Source: Thraustochytrium aureum
Taxonomy: Eukaryota
Length of the DNA: 64,000 bases
Direction: 5' to 3'
NCBI GenBank assembly: GCA_012862495.1
Contig: BLSG01000402.1
Span: 50,146-114,145 of the forward strand
Shown piece by piece: positions 11,645-21,852 of this stretch; position 1 is the stretch's first letter; each line of letters opens with the position of its first letter. Position numbers and translations under genes: made by a program. The notes below the pieces were generated by a model. The model saw only the letters and a list, made by a program, of their open reading frames with translations. It was not told where the DNA came from and ran no database searches.

Positions 11645-13885
11645 NNNNNNNNNNNNNNNNNNNNNNNNNNNNNNNNNNNNNNNNNNNNNNNNNNNNNNNN
11701 NNNNNNNNNNNNNNNNNNNNNNNNNNNNNNNNNNNNNNNNNNNNNNNNNNNNNNNNNNNNNNNNNNNNNNNNNNNNNNNNNNNNNNNNNNNNNNNNNNNN
11801 NNNNNNNNNNNNNNNNNNNNNNNNNNNNNNNNNNNNNNNNNNNNNNNNNNNNNNNNNNNNNNNNNNNNNNNNNNNNNNNNNNNNNNNNNNNNNNNNNNNN
11901 NNNNNNNNNNNNNNNNNNNNNNNNNNNNNNNNNNNNNNNNNNNNNNNNNNNNNNNNNNNNNNNNNNNNNNNNNNNNNNNNNNNNNNNNNNNNNNNNNNNN
12001 NNNNNNNNNNNNNNNNNNNNNNNNNNNNNNNNNNNNNNNNNNNNNNNNNNNNNNNNNNNNNNNNNNNNNNNNNNNNNNNNNNNNNNNNNNNNNNNNNNNN
12101 NNNNAGCGCCAGCTGGGAGGAGCCGCCTCACATGCACGGGCCGGTCAAGAGCTGGCTCGGCGGCTGTGCTGAGTCCGTTGGAGCGCCAGGAGGCAAACCA
12201 CTTCTTGACCGCGCGGAAAAGACCGACCAAGCGCGAGCGGCGCGTCTTCCGAGGTTCATTCTCCGCCTCGGAAGTGCATTCGCTTTCAATCAAACAAGCA
12301 AGACGGACTCGGAGGGAGGGAGGGAGGGAGGGAGGAAAGAAGGAAGGTGGACGCACCCCCGCGCAGAGGCAGCACGCAAGCTCCTCCAATCGGACGCACG
12401 CAGTGGCCAACGGATCGATCGATCGAACGATCGATCCATCGATCGAACAATCGCTCGCGCGAGAGAAAGAAAGGCACTCGGTTTGCGCGTTGATTCGCCG
12501 TTGAAGTGAAAACGATTTCCAGCTGCTGCTGGCCGAGTTGCACGCAACCAGCCTGTGCCAATCAATTGTCCGAGGGCTGCGTGCAAGCGAGCGAGCGACG
12601 GAGCCGCGCAGCCCGAGCGCCGCCGACACCTTTCCAGCCGGCCGGCCGCCCGCTGGGTGGAGGGAGTAGATCCGTTCGCTTCGCTGCGCGCAAGCTGGGA
12701 GGACACAGAGCTGCTCGGGCAGGTCGGTCGGGCACGGTAAGCAGGGTGCGACAGAGCAAGTGGAGCTCAGTGGACCCACCCGCGTGGCAGGCCATCGACG
12801 CGGTGCGCGTCCAGAGGTCGAGTCGGCCGTGACAAGGCCGTCCGAGCCGCCTCTTCCGTCAACTACTTACTACCTACGTACCAATACCAAGGAATACCAA
12901 GCACTTGTTTCCTTCAACATGCGAACGGGCGGCCCGGCGGGGCTGCCAGGGTTGGTTGAGATCGGACCGCAGCTCGCATCATCGCGCATGGCAAGGATGG
13001 AAGAACGAACGAGTGGTTGCCGCCACAGTGACGCATTCGACCGCATCTTGATTCATCAACTCAATCAAAACAAATCAAACAAAGCGGGTCACAAGAGCGC
13101 AGAGTGGAGACAGGAACAGCCGCCGCCTTCTGCGAGGTGTTGGTTCAATGGAGGGTTCAGGGTGTGTCATCTTTCTTCTTTCTTGATTGTCCTCCTCATT
13201 TCGCCCTCCTCCGCGGCAAATCCGAATTGGGAATGCAATTGACGAACAAGAAAATAGCGGGCCGGAGGTCAGGATGTCACGCGAGGCTGCACACCTTGGC
13301 TCGCGCGCGATGAGATGATGGTGCTCTGCAACTTGCTGGCTACTTTCTGCCACGGAGGCTTTCTACGACCGACGCCGCGAGCAAGCGTCGATCACGCGGG
13401 CCGGGTTCGCAGTGCGAGCTGACGGGCGCTGCGTCAGCGCGAAGTCAGAAGGCTGCGGTTGAGGCGGTCTGTTTTGCAACTTGGTGGCCGTCGTCACCTG
13501 CTGAAACATCCCTCGCTCGCCGGGCCTCGACTGGACACGGAATGTGGACTCGCGCTATTGACCGTGCACACTTGACCTGTTTGCAGGCGATCGAGTTGCT
13601 CTCTAGAGTTGCTCTGCCTCTCTGATCTTGAAGAAGCGCAGCGCAGTGCGTGCTAGACGAGCGAAGCTGGGAAATCAGCACGATCTGCACCGCCCCTCCT
13701 ACGCAGGGCCTGCACTTCGCGCTTGCCCTCCTTTCAATCAAGACGAGGTGTGTTCTGACCACGGCTCAGCCCCCTCGGGCTGGCAGGCAGACACCCAACA
13801 GCGACGCGTTGTGTGCTTTGCATCTGCGTGAGTAGGCCGAATAGGGGCGTGCGACCAGTGCTTCACCGCGGTCGGGGCGGGCGCC

Positions 13886-14167
13886 ATGTCGTTCTTGCGG
13901 CGCGACGTCTCTGGGGCCCCGCCCTCGGGAGCGTACAACAACGGGGTTGACGTCACGTACGAGCTGAAGAAGAAGAGCAAGAAGGTGATCAACACGGTCA
14001 AGCGCCGCGTTTCCTCCGCCATCTACGGCAAGAAGCGCGAAGAGCGCGAGGCGCGCGAGCTCGAGAAAGAGCGCCACCGCTTTGACGAGCAATCCGACGC
14101 CGAGTCCGCGTCGGCGTCCTCCTCGTCCATGTCGGGAGTCGCGCGTAACGAAGACTGGAACTTTTAG
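13886..14167 (+). CDS. Small hypothetical charged protein (93 aa)
   Basis: gccATG context and GC3-rich codons like the neighbouring genes; no family recognised. Confidence 0.5.
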   Translation: MSFLRRDVSGAPPSGAYNNGVDVTYELKKKSKKVINTVKRRVSSAIYGKKREEREARELEKERHRFDEQSDAESASASSSSMSGVARNEDWNF

Positions 14168-14266
14168 CGGCGCCGCTGCTATAGTCGTGCCCTGACTGGG
14201 CCGCAAGATGACCATAGAATGACTCGGAGGCGAGCCCGACCCCATGCCACATACTCGGATAACCCG

Positions 14267-14440
14267 CTTGCTAGCGCGCCTCCCTGACTCTGATCGTAAA
14301 CTCCAAATATTTGATTCCTGAAACCCGCCTCCGAGTCCATGCCGCGTAAGTACTCGAGAGAGTCCTGCTTGCTTGCTTGCTTAGCGGGCCTCCCCGGCTC
14401 TGACCGTAAACTCCAAAGCAGTTGATCCCTGAATAACCCG
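14267..14440. repeat. Degenerate ~110-bp-period direct repeat (two copies of a ~60-bp core)
   Basis: CTTGCTAGCGCGCCTCCCTGACTCTGATCGTAAACTCCAAATATTTGATTCCTGAA versus CTTGCTTAGCGGGCCTCCCCGGCTCTGACCGTAAACTCCAAAGCAGTTGATCCCTGAA. Confidence 0.75.
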
Positions 14441-15494
14441 CGCGCAAGTGTTGACGAAGTATGTCGCTCAGGATAGCAAGACAAAGCTGTCCGGGCCCTC
14501 TTCGGAAATCGTTGGTGCTCCGCGCCCCCCCCCGTGCGGGCTCTGGCGCAATCTGCCCCACCCGGGCGGACCCGCGACTCTGCAGGTCGCGACTTGATTT
14601 TTGCGACGAGACGTCCACACCAATGCGGTGAAATACCGTGCTGACGCCCAGGGAAGCCGAATCTGCCTTGACCTTCCCAGACGGGGGCGGCACTTGCTTG
14701 CTGTTGACCGCCCCCTTGGATCGCAGGAACGTCGGTGGTCCCTTGGAGAGCTTGTCTGCGACTCCGAAGAAGAAGTTTTGCACTGTAGACCGGGGCGTTA
14801 TGCTCGTCAGACCCAAAGCCAGCGTCACCATATATGGAGCCGACGAGGCCGCTTCCCACGGCAGGGCGCTCAACCCATCCAAGTACTTGACGATCAGCGA
14901 AGCCACCAACGCGGACGAGAACCAAAACTTGGGCCACAAGTACCGGCGCAGCCTGTCAACATCTGTGCCGAGCGACTCAAACAAGTACAAGCAGGTCGCC
15001 AGCACGAGGATCTCGCTGCCAAGGGCCAGCAGCAGCATCAAGCGCCATGCCCAGAGGGTCGTGTCAGCGCTCGTCACTCCGGCCAGGACCAAGACGATGC
15101 ACATGGCCAGCGGCACGCCCACAAACGCCGCCAAAACCACAGCGCGGTCGTGGTTCGAACTCTCCTTGCGCTTCCTGGCAGCTCCGCCGCCCTTGACAAT
15201 CACCTTGAGCAACCCAGTTGGCGTTACCATGGACAGCACGGTCACGTAGATTGCACCTCCACAGAACAAGGTCATTGCCACCTGATTCGGTATGACGCCT
15301 GCCCACGCGAGGGGCATTGCCACGAGCACAACGATGCCAAACATCTGGATCGACTTTGCAAACCAGAACGTCAACAGCTTGCGACCCTCCGAAAACTTGA
15401 TGTTGGGCACGGTTGCGTCCGCATATCGCTTCGCCAGCACGAGCATGATCGCTGAAAACGCCGCCTCCAGCAGGACAGTGCCGAGTGCCGCCAT
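14271..15494 (-). CDS. Hypothetical ~7-TM membrane protein with hydrophilic C-tail
   Basis: From MAALGTVLL (ATG 15494), about seven hydrophobic segments, with a basic loop (KGGGAARKRK) after TM3. The true C-terminus is uncertain. Confidence 0.6.
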   Translation of the reverse strand: MAALGTVLLEAAFSAIMLVLAKRYADATVPNIKFSEGRKLLTFWFAKSIQMFGIVVLVAMPLAWAGVIPNQVAMTLFCGGAIYVTVLSMVTPTGLLKVIVKGGGAARKRKESSNHDRAVVLAAFVGVPLAMCIVLVLAGVTSADTTLWAWRLMLLLALGSEILVLATCLYLFESLGTDVDRLRRYLWPKFWFSSALVASLIVKYLDGLSALPWEAASSAPYMVTLALGLTSITPRSTVQNFFFGVADKLSKGPPTFLRSKGAVNSKQVPPPSGKVKADSASLGVSTVFHRIGVDVSSQKSSRDLQSRGSARVGQIAPEPARGGARSTNDFRRGPGQLCLAILSDILRQHLRAGYSGINCFGVYGQSRGGPLSKQASRTLSSTYAAWTRRRVSGIKYLEFTIRVREAR

Positions 15495-16331
15495 AGCGAC
15501 TGGTGCGCGCGCATGCGTTGCTTGCAGCCGTGGCCTGGCTTCCGCCGCCACCTCGCTGTGCACGTTCCTCGCCACGGAGCGCCCCTCTACAGACCGATCG
15601 ATCGAGTGGCGATTTCGGCCGCTCGCTACCGGGTCTGGCCTGGCCTGTCCAGCACGCGTCGCGGCCAAGTACGCCGGCGAGGTGAGGCAACCACGTATGG
15701 CGGCCACGTTTGGCGGCACCGTTGCGCCGGCTGAGCCTGCTTAGCGAAGGCCAGTGACGAGAGAGAAAGGGGCTCTGCCTCCATGTCTGTGCTTGGGCAG
15801 CAGCTCAGTGGAGCGAGCGCTGCGAGTCTCTCTGGAGTGTCTGTCTTCTGAGCTGATGCAATGCGATCGATGTGGTCGTCGCCAGCCAACGGACTTTTCA
15901 CGGCTCCGTCCGTGCGTCCAACAAAAGAAGCGCTGCAAGCAAGCCGCCCGTGAGGCGCCAGCGACCAGCCCCCCCCCCAAGGGATGGGGCATGGCTGGTA
16001 ACGGGCGGCCTTGGAGAAGAAGAAAAAAACACCACAGTGCGTGCGCGCTTGTCTCAGGTGGCCACGAATGTGCGTTGGAAGCAATGAAGCTCGCACCCAC
16101 CGTCTAAGGCCCAGGAGCCGTTTGTCGATCGTTGCAAGGCGGGCTTGAAGCCCATTAAAACATGCGGGTCGCTCTGGCGGCGGCGCTGCTCCAGAGCTAG
16201 GTTTCGATCGAGGTCTATGAAGGGGGATGCCCAACACGCACATCAACGGACACTGTTCTGTTTCCAAATCTGAGCGCTGCCGATGCACTCTGCAGTTGCC
16301 GATTGGCGGTGCCAGCGGGCAGCGAGCGACG

Positions 16332-19300
16332 ATGCCTGCCGCCGCCGCAGCCGCCGCCGCACTTCGGACCGCTCTTGCTGCGGCAGTCGCGGCTGCAGCA
16401 GGGCTCGGCGCCGCGCAAGGAGCTGAGACGCAGAGCTTTGACGGATCCGGGAACAATGTCGGACACGACTCGTGGGGCGCAGCGGGTGGCACGCTAGCGT
16501 TTGCGTTCACGGCGGCAAACTTTTCGGATGGATTCGGCGAGCCAGCGGGCGCCGGCCTGGCTTCGGCAAGGGAAATCTCCAACGTCGTGTTCTCTTCTCC
16601 TTTCAAATATGCTCGCAACGGAGCAAGCGACCTCTTGCCCTACTTTGGCCAATTTCTCACGCATGAGCTAACCTCGTCGGTGTATGATTCGAACTCTGCG
16701 TTTCCGATACCTGTCCCGCGGTGCGATCCAGAATATGACAAGCAGTGCGCCGGGAACGTGTCGCTCCCCTTTTTCCGAAGCACGAGCAAGCAAGACCGGG
16801 ATGGCGTCCGGGTGCCTGTGAACAAAGCTACCGCCTGGATCGACGGCTCTGTGATCTACGGGCCCTCAAAGGAGGTATGCGACAAGCTGCGGACTTTCAA
16901 AGGCGGGCGCTTGCGCGTCTCAAAGGGCCCTCACGGAGACCTCCTGCCGCGCAACGCAGACGTCGGCCTGGATATGGTGGCAAACGAGACGGCCACTTTC
17001 GCCGCTGGCGACTACCGCGCAAATGTTGCTCCTCAGCTGCTCTTGCTCCACACGCTGTTTCACCTCGAACACAATCGACGCGCCAGAGCGCTAGAGGCTG
17101 CCAACCCGGCCTGGACGGACGACCAGATTTTTCATGCCGCGCGTCGCTTCGTGGTCGCGCTGCTGCAAAAGGAGACCTACTACCACTATGTTCCCTCGAT
17201 CATTGGGAAAAGGCTTTCAGAGTACCAGGGGTACGACCCGGGCCTGCGCCCCGACCTCGACGTCACATTTGTTACCGCTGCGTTTCGCTACGGACACAGC
17301 GCAACGTCCCCGCTTGTGTTCCGCTTGGACGAGTCTCGACAGCCAGTTGCCGGGGGGCACCTACCTCTAGAGCAAACCATGTTCACCGGCGAGCTCATCG
17401 CGCTGCACGGCATCGACGATGTCCTTCGAGGCGCAGTTGCGCAGGGCGAATCGGATGCCGATCTGAGCATGCCCGCCGCGCTTCGATTCAACAAGGTAGT
17501 CGTGGACCTCGCCGCCTTTGATGTGCAGCGCGGGCGGGAGCGCGGATTGCCGACTTTCAACGGACTCCGCCGCCAACTTGGCCTTGCTCCCGCCCAGAAC
17601 TTCACGCAACTCACCAACGATATTGAGGCGCAGGCATTGCTCGAGCGAGTGTACGCAAGCGTCGACGACGTTGAAGCGCTCGTGGGTGGGCTCGCAGAGC
17701 GACCAATGGGTCCCGGAAAGGTCCCACCAACTCTGGCACGACTCTTTCAGCTCCAGTTCCAGCGCCTGCGCGGCTCTGACCGGTTCCACTTTGAAAACCC
17801 CACAACGCTCACTGACGAAGAGCGCCAAGCCTTGGAAAACCGGACGCTGGCACAGATGGCTTTGGACTTTACCGAAATCAAGTGGCTCCCTGAAGACCTT
17901 TTCGAGCAGTCCGCAGCGGCTTCTCCTATCGCCTGCGCTGTCGCAGACGAAAATGGTGTCATCCCCACCAGCGCCTTCAACTACAAAGTCGAAGTTTTGC
18001 CGGGGTTTACCTTCAGCTGGAATATGGACCTCGACGCTGGACTGATTAACGTCCTCGTGAGTGCCACGGCGCCAGAAACGGGCTGGGTCGCCATCGGCGT
18101 CGGATCAACTGGCATGGCCGATGCTGACGTCGCCTTGGGCCGACTCGAGAGCTCTGGGGATCAACGCGTCGCAGTTGTTCTCGACATGTATATTCCGGCA
18201 ACGACTGGATCCCTGGAGCCGGTGTTGGACACGGAATTGAGCTCGCCCTGCACTTCCAGCATAGACCAAAGCGCCGTGACTGGCGGCTTCGAAGCCGGTC
18301 GCCTTTGGTTCAACTTTTCGCGCCCGCTCAGCCCCGGCTCGTGCGGAGACCACCCAATAAACGTCTTGGCCGACTCATCAGGGGCTGGTGCAACCGCACC
18401 CGTCGACATGATTTTCGCGTATGGAGACCGGTTTGGCTCCTACCACGGCCGTGCCCGTCGCGTTGGAGTCGGCGGCATCGACCTGCTCTCTCCTCTGTAT
18501 CTTCGTACCGATGGCAGCGTTGCGCCAGCCCCGGCACAAGAGCGCGAGGCAGTGATATTCTCGGTCCACGGCGTGGTGATGGCTTTTATGTGGCTTTTCG
18601 CTGTCCCGATGAGCATCGTCGTGCTCCAATGGAAGCGCGCCAAACGATTCGCCGTGCAAGTCCACCAGTCGCTTGCGCAACTTGGCTCGCTTGCAGTGAT
18701 TTCGTTTGCCGCAACAGCCTTCGTGTCCAACGACCACATCCACTGGAATCTGCACCTCGTCCTCGCGTGCGTGGTCGTCCTCTGGATGCTTGTCCAGATC
18801 GCGCTAGGTTGGCTTTTGCAGCTCGGCCTAGGCTCCGCGTCGAGCCCCTACGTTGTGCACCTCATTCGCAAGCAGCACCGGCGTAGCGGTCGCTTGCTCA
18901 TGGTGCTAGCCATCGTCAATTGCTACGTTGGCGTGGACGAGCTGTTCGAGGCCGACAACTTGGCTCCGCGCGTCGTTTTCGCCGTTTACGTCGTGTTGCT
19001 CGTAGCCCTCCTTGGCATGGGCAAGTTTAAGCAAATACTAGCCGGCGGTGCACAAGAGGCCCAGCTCGGCAAGCTCCAAGAAAAAGCCCGGCTAGCGTCT
19101 TCAATCACCATGTCGAGCGAGACGCGAGAAGGAGCACGCATCTTCGAGGGAAACATAACGGTGGACTCTACCCTTCCAGAGTGGACTCTTCAGGACTTTA
19201 CCAAGGAAGTACTGGCGGGCTCGTCCTTGGTTGTTATTGCTGGTCTCGCGTTCGACATCGGTTCGTACGCCGACATCCATCCCGGCGGGTGCAACCTACT

Positions 19301-20276
19301 GCGCTCGCACATTGGCCTAGACGTCACCCCGTTCTTCTTTGGCCGCCGCGGCATCGCCGGGACGTCCTACAAGCACACCCACACTGTGAGAGCCCTCGCT
19401 GAACTGAACGGGTTCCTGCGCGCGCGAGTCAAGCACGGCCAGCTCGAAAGTTCGCAAACGCCGACAGAGGCGCGCACGCTTTGCGCCAAGGCTGCGCTGC
19501 GCTTTGAGTCTTTCGAGGTCAAGGAGAAGAGGGCGCTGTGCGAGGGCAAGCCCACAACCTACTTGTTCCGCTTGGGGGCTCCCGAAAAGAGCGGCTCGAA
19601 GAGAAGCAGCGGCATGTTTCGCATGTTGCCTGGTCAGCACATTGTCATCATGGCGGAAATCGGGGGGCGCAGCGTCATGCGCAAGTTTACTCCTGTCGAG
19701 GTCGTCGCGGGGGACGGCACGATCTCCGTCGCTATCAAGCTGTACAGCAGCGGAATTATGTCACAGTTCCTCGCCAAGACGCAGACGGGCAGCTTGCTTC
19801 GCGTCCACGGCCCGGTTGGCGAGCCGCTGTTGAACAGGGACCCTGTGACGCGGCTTGCTGCTGGGTGCTGGCCAAAGGTAATCTTTATTGTTGGCGGCAC
19901 GGGGTTGAGCCCGGCTCTTGCGTTTATCAAGTACCAGCTTCGTTACGCGGCCAGCTCCCAGCTTTTCTTGATGGTTTGCAACCACCACCCAAGGGACGCC
20001 TACTATATTCGGCACTTGCGCGGCATCTGCGACCAGCACAGCGACCAGCTCAAGGTCACGCTCCACTTCACCAGCAAGAAGCGCACGCGGCCCCTTGCCG
20101 GATTTCCGGTCACGAGCGGCGACATAAACAGCGAGTTGCTGGTGCAACAAGAATGGCCTCGTCAGAAAGCCTTTGCGGACCTGTTGTGCGTGGTCTGCGG
20201 CCCGCTCGGCTTTTGCACAGCAATCTCCAAGTCGATGCAAAGGCTCGGCTTTACCAACATCAAGTCTCTCCATTGA
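16332..20276 (+). CDS. Heme peroxidase (peroxidase-cyclooxygenase superfamily)-DOMON-cytochrome b561-cytochrome b5-FAD/NAD reductase fusion protein
   Basis: Ala-rich signal peptide. Peroxidase: SFDGSGNN, FGQFLTHE, TAWIDGSVIYG, AGDYRAN, AAFRYGHS, QRGRERGLP. DOMON: GWVAIG..GMADAD...FSRPL...IFAYG...YHG. b561: four His in TM helices. b5: IHPGG...HT. Reductase: PGQHI, RKFTP, GIMSQFL, GGTGLSP, CGP. One uninterrupted ORF. Confidence 0.92.
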   Translation: MPAAAAAAAALRTALAAAVAAAAGLGAAQGAETQSFDGSGNNVGHDSWGAAGGTLAFAFTAANFSDGFGEPAGAGLASAREISNVVFSSPFKYARNGASDLLPYFGQFLTHELTSSVYDSNSAFPIPVPRCDPEYDKQCAGNVSLPFFRSTSKQDRDGVRVPVNKATAWIDGSVIYGPSKEVCDKLRTFKGGRLRVSKGPHGDLLPRNADVGLDMVANETATFAAGDYRANVAPQLLLLHTLFHLEHNRRARALEAANPAWTDDQIFHAARRFVVALLQKETYYHYVPSIIGKRLSEYQGYDPGLRPDLDVTFVTAAFRYGHSATSPLVFRLDESRQPVAGGHLPLEQTMFTGELIALHGIDDVLRGAVAQGESDADLSMPAALRFNKVVVDLAAFDVQRGRERGLPTFNGLRRQLGLAPAQNFTQLTNDIEAQALLERVYASVDDVEALVGGLAERPMGPGKVPPTLARLFQLQFQRLRGSDRFHFENPTTLTDEERQALENRTLAQMALDFTEIKWLPEDLFEQSAAASPIACAVADENGVIPTSAFNYKVEVLPGFTFSWNMDLDAGLINVLVSATAPETGWVAIGVGSTGMADADVALGRLESSGDQRVAVVLDMYIPATTGSLEPVLDTELSSPCTSSIDQSAVTGGFEAGRLWFNFSRPLSPGSCGDHPINVLADSSGAGATAPVDMIFAYGDRFGSYHGRARRVGVGGIDLLSPLYLRTDGSVAPAPAQEREAVIFSVHGVVMAFMWLFAVPMSIVVLQWKRAKRFAVQVHQSLAQLGSLAVISFAATAFVSNDHIHWNLHLVLACVVVLWMLVQIALGWLLQLGLGSASSPYVVHLIRKQHRRSGRLLMVLAIVNCYVGVDELFEADNLAPRVVFAVYVVLLVALLGMGKFKQILAGGAQEAQLGKLQEKARLASSITMSSETREGARIFEGNITVDSTLPEWTLQDFTKEVLAGSSLVVIAGLAFDIGSYADIHPGGCNLLRSHIGLDVTPFFFGRRGIAGTSYKHTHTVRALAELNGFLRARVKHGQLESSQTPTEARTLCAKAALRFESFEVKEKRALCEGKPTTYLFRLGAPEKSGSKRSSGMFRMLPGQHIVIMAEIGGRSVMRKFTPVEVVAGDGTISVAIKLYSSGIMSQFLAKTQTGSLLRVHGPVGEPLLNRDPVTRLAAGCWPKVIFIVGGTGLSPALAFIKYQLRYAASSQLFLMVCNHHPRDAYYIRHLRGICDQHSDQLKVTLHFTSKKRTRPLAGFPVTSGDINSELLVQQEWPRQKAFADLLCVVCGPLGFCTAISKSMQRLGFTNIKSLH

Positions 20277-20865
20277 TGAAATCGCGTGGCGATTTCAACC
20301 ATGCCGTATGCTAGCCTATCCAAGTATCGTTCGTAAATCGCGCGCGTTTGCACTCCCACTCCGCCTTGATTGCTTGCACAACCATCTCCAAGTCGATGCC
20401 CAGTTTCCGCCGCCGAGCTCGCTCCCGTTCGCGCTGGCGCCACCGGCGGCGTTTGACACGACTCGCGATCGTGATAGCGTGTGAGTTCTGAGCGCGTCTC
20501 AAACCACCACGACGTGTCCGTCGGCTCCACGCAAGACCTCTTCCAGGGCCATTCAAGGGCGCCCTGGTTTGTTGCAGCCCAGCTCCAAGCCCAGCTCGTC
20601 GAGCACTTGGCCCAAGTCGCTCTTCGTTCTGTTCGCTTTCATGCGTGCGCAATGGCTGTCACAGTGTCATCAGCGCCCTCGCGTCGAAGCTGCAGACAAA
20701 CTCTAGCTCGAAGCTCGCAAGAGTAGCTGCATCGGCGCCGCAGACTTCGCAAGCCCGGCCAACTGCACGCGCCAGGAAGGCAAAGTGGGCCGCGCGAGAG
20801 CCTCGCACCGTCGTTTTGGAGCGCTGTCCCTCGACAGGGTCCACCATCCTTCGACCTGGTCGACG

Positions 20866-21852
20866 ATGTCGGTCGCTGAGGCTCTCCAGCGCGTGAGCGG
20901 CAGCATCCAGGTGCTGTCGCAGCAGCTTGGACGCAAGTCGCCGCGACTGGTCGCCGTGAGCAAGACCAAGCCGGTTGAGGCGCTCATGGAGGCGTACGAG
21001 GCTGGGCAGAGGCACTTTGGCGAGAATTATGTAAGTCTATCGTCGCTCGCGTGTCGGTGCTCGTTGAGCGCGGCTGACCCTGGAGCCGCGCAGGTCCAAG
21101 AGCTCGTCGACAAGGCGCCAAGCATGCCAGCAGATACTCGCTGGCACTTTATCGGACACCTGCAGTCGAACAAGGCCAAGGTGATCGCTCGCATCCCCAA
21201 CCTGTACCTCGTCGAGAGCGTCGACAGTGCCAAGCTCGCGACGCTGCTCGACAAGAACCTGCCCGAGACCCGAGAAGAGAAACTCAAGGTAATGGTGCAG
21301 GTCAACACGTCAGGCGAGGAGTCGAAGAGCGGCGTGGAGCCGTCCAACTGCGTCGAGCTCGTCAAGCACGTCGTGTCGAACTGCGCGCGCCTCGAGTTTA
21401 TCGGCCTGATGACAATCGGCCGGCTTGGAGACGTCTCTCCAGAGTGCTTTGCACTGCTCTGCAAGTGCAGGGACGACGTCCTGGGTAGCGGTATCGACAG
21501 CATTCCCAGTGTAGACGAATTTGAGCTCAGCATGGGTATGTCGGGCGACTACGAGCTCGCCATACAGCATGGCTCGACCAACGTTCGAATTGGGTCGACC
21601 ATCTTCGGGACGCGAGACTACTCTGCAAGCAAGCCCGCCGAGAGCGCCGCGAGCACGCCAGCAGAAGGTGCTGCGGTTTGCGCAAGCACTTCGTCCCCAG
21701 AGTCGACGATTCAGGAGGAGCAAGGTCAAGGAGAATCTGCCCTGCCAGCGAGCCCTGCAGCAGACACTAGCGGAACGAATACGACTCTACCTACTAGTGC
21801 TGGCGTAGAGGGCGTGGGTGAGAGTGGGGCCCCAGCTGGACAGCAGCTCTAG
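20866..21852 (+). CDS. PLPBP: Pyridoxal phosphate homeostasis protein (YggS/PROSC); intron 21031-21093
   Basis: LVAVSKTKP, FGENY|VQEL, WHFIGHLQSNK, QVNTSGEESKSG, GLMTIG, LSMGMSGD and VRIGSTIFG; low-complexity C-tail. Confidence 0.96.
   Translation: MSVAEALQRVSGSIQVLSQQLGRKSPRLVAVSKTKPVEALMEAYEAGQRHFGENYVSLSSLACRCSLSAADPGAAQVQELVDKAPSMPADTRWHFIGHLQSNKAKVIARIPNLYLVESVDSAKLATLLDKNLPETREEKLKVMVQVNTSGEESKSGVEPSNCVELVKHVVSNCARLEFIGLMTIGRLGDVSPECFALLCKCRDDVLGSGIDSIPSVDEFELSMGMSGDYELAIQHGSTNVRIGSTIFGTRDYSASKPAESAASTPAEGAAVCASTSSPESTIQEEQGQGESALPASPAADTSGTNTTLPTSAGVEGVGESGAPAGQQL

Noticed and set aside
12105..13880. Hidden gene or ncRNA in the long region upstream of the PDE
   Set aside because: Contains simple repeats (GATC, GGGA) and only weak ORFs; no tRNA, snRNA or rRNA pattern recognised.
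16332..20276. Calling the fusion a dual oxidase (DUOX/NOX)
   Set aside because: There are no EF-hands and no NOX-type HPFT or paired-His helix pattern; the domains are DOMON, b561, b5 and b5-reductase type.
8191..21852. Cofactor genes (riboflavin kinase, PLPBP) flanking the flavo-heme fusion as a functional cluster
   Set aside because: Both are universal housekeeping genes, unrelated genes lie between RFK and the fusion, and PLP has no role in the predicted chemistry.
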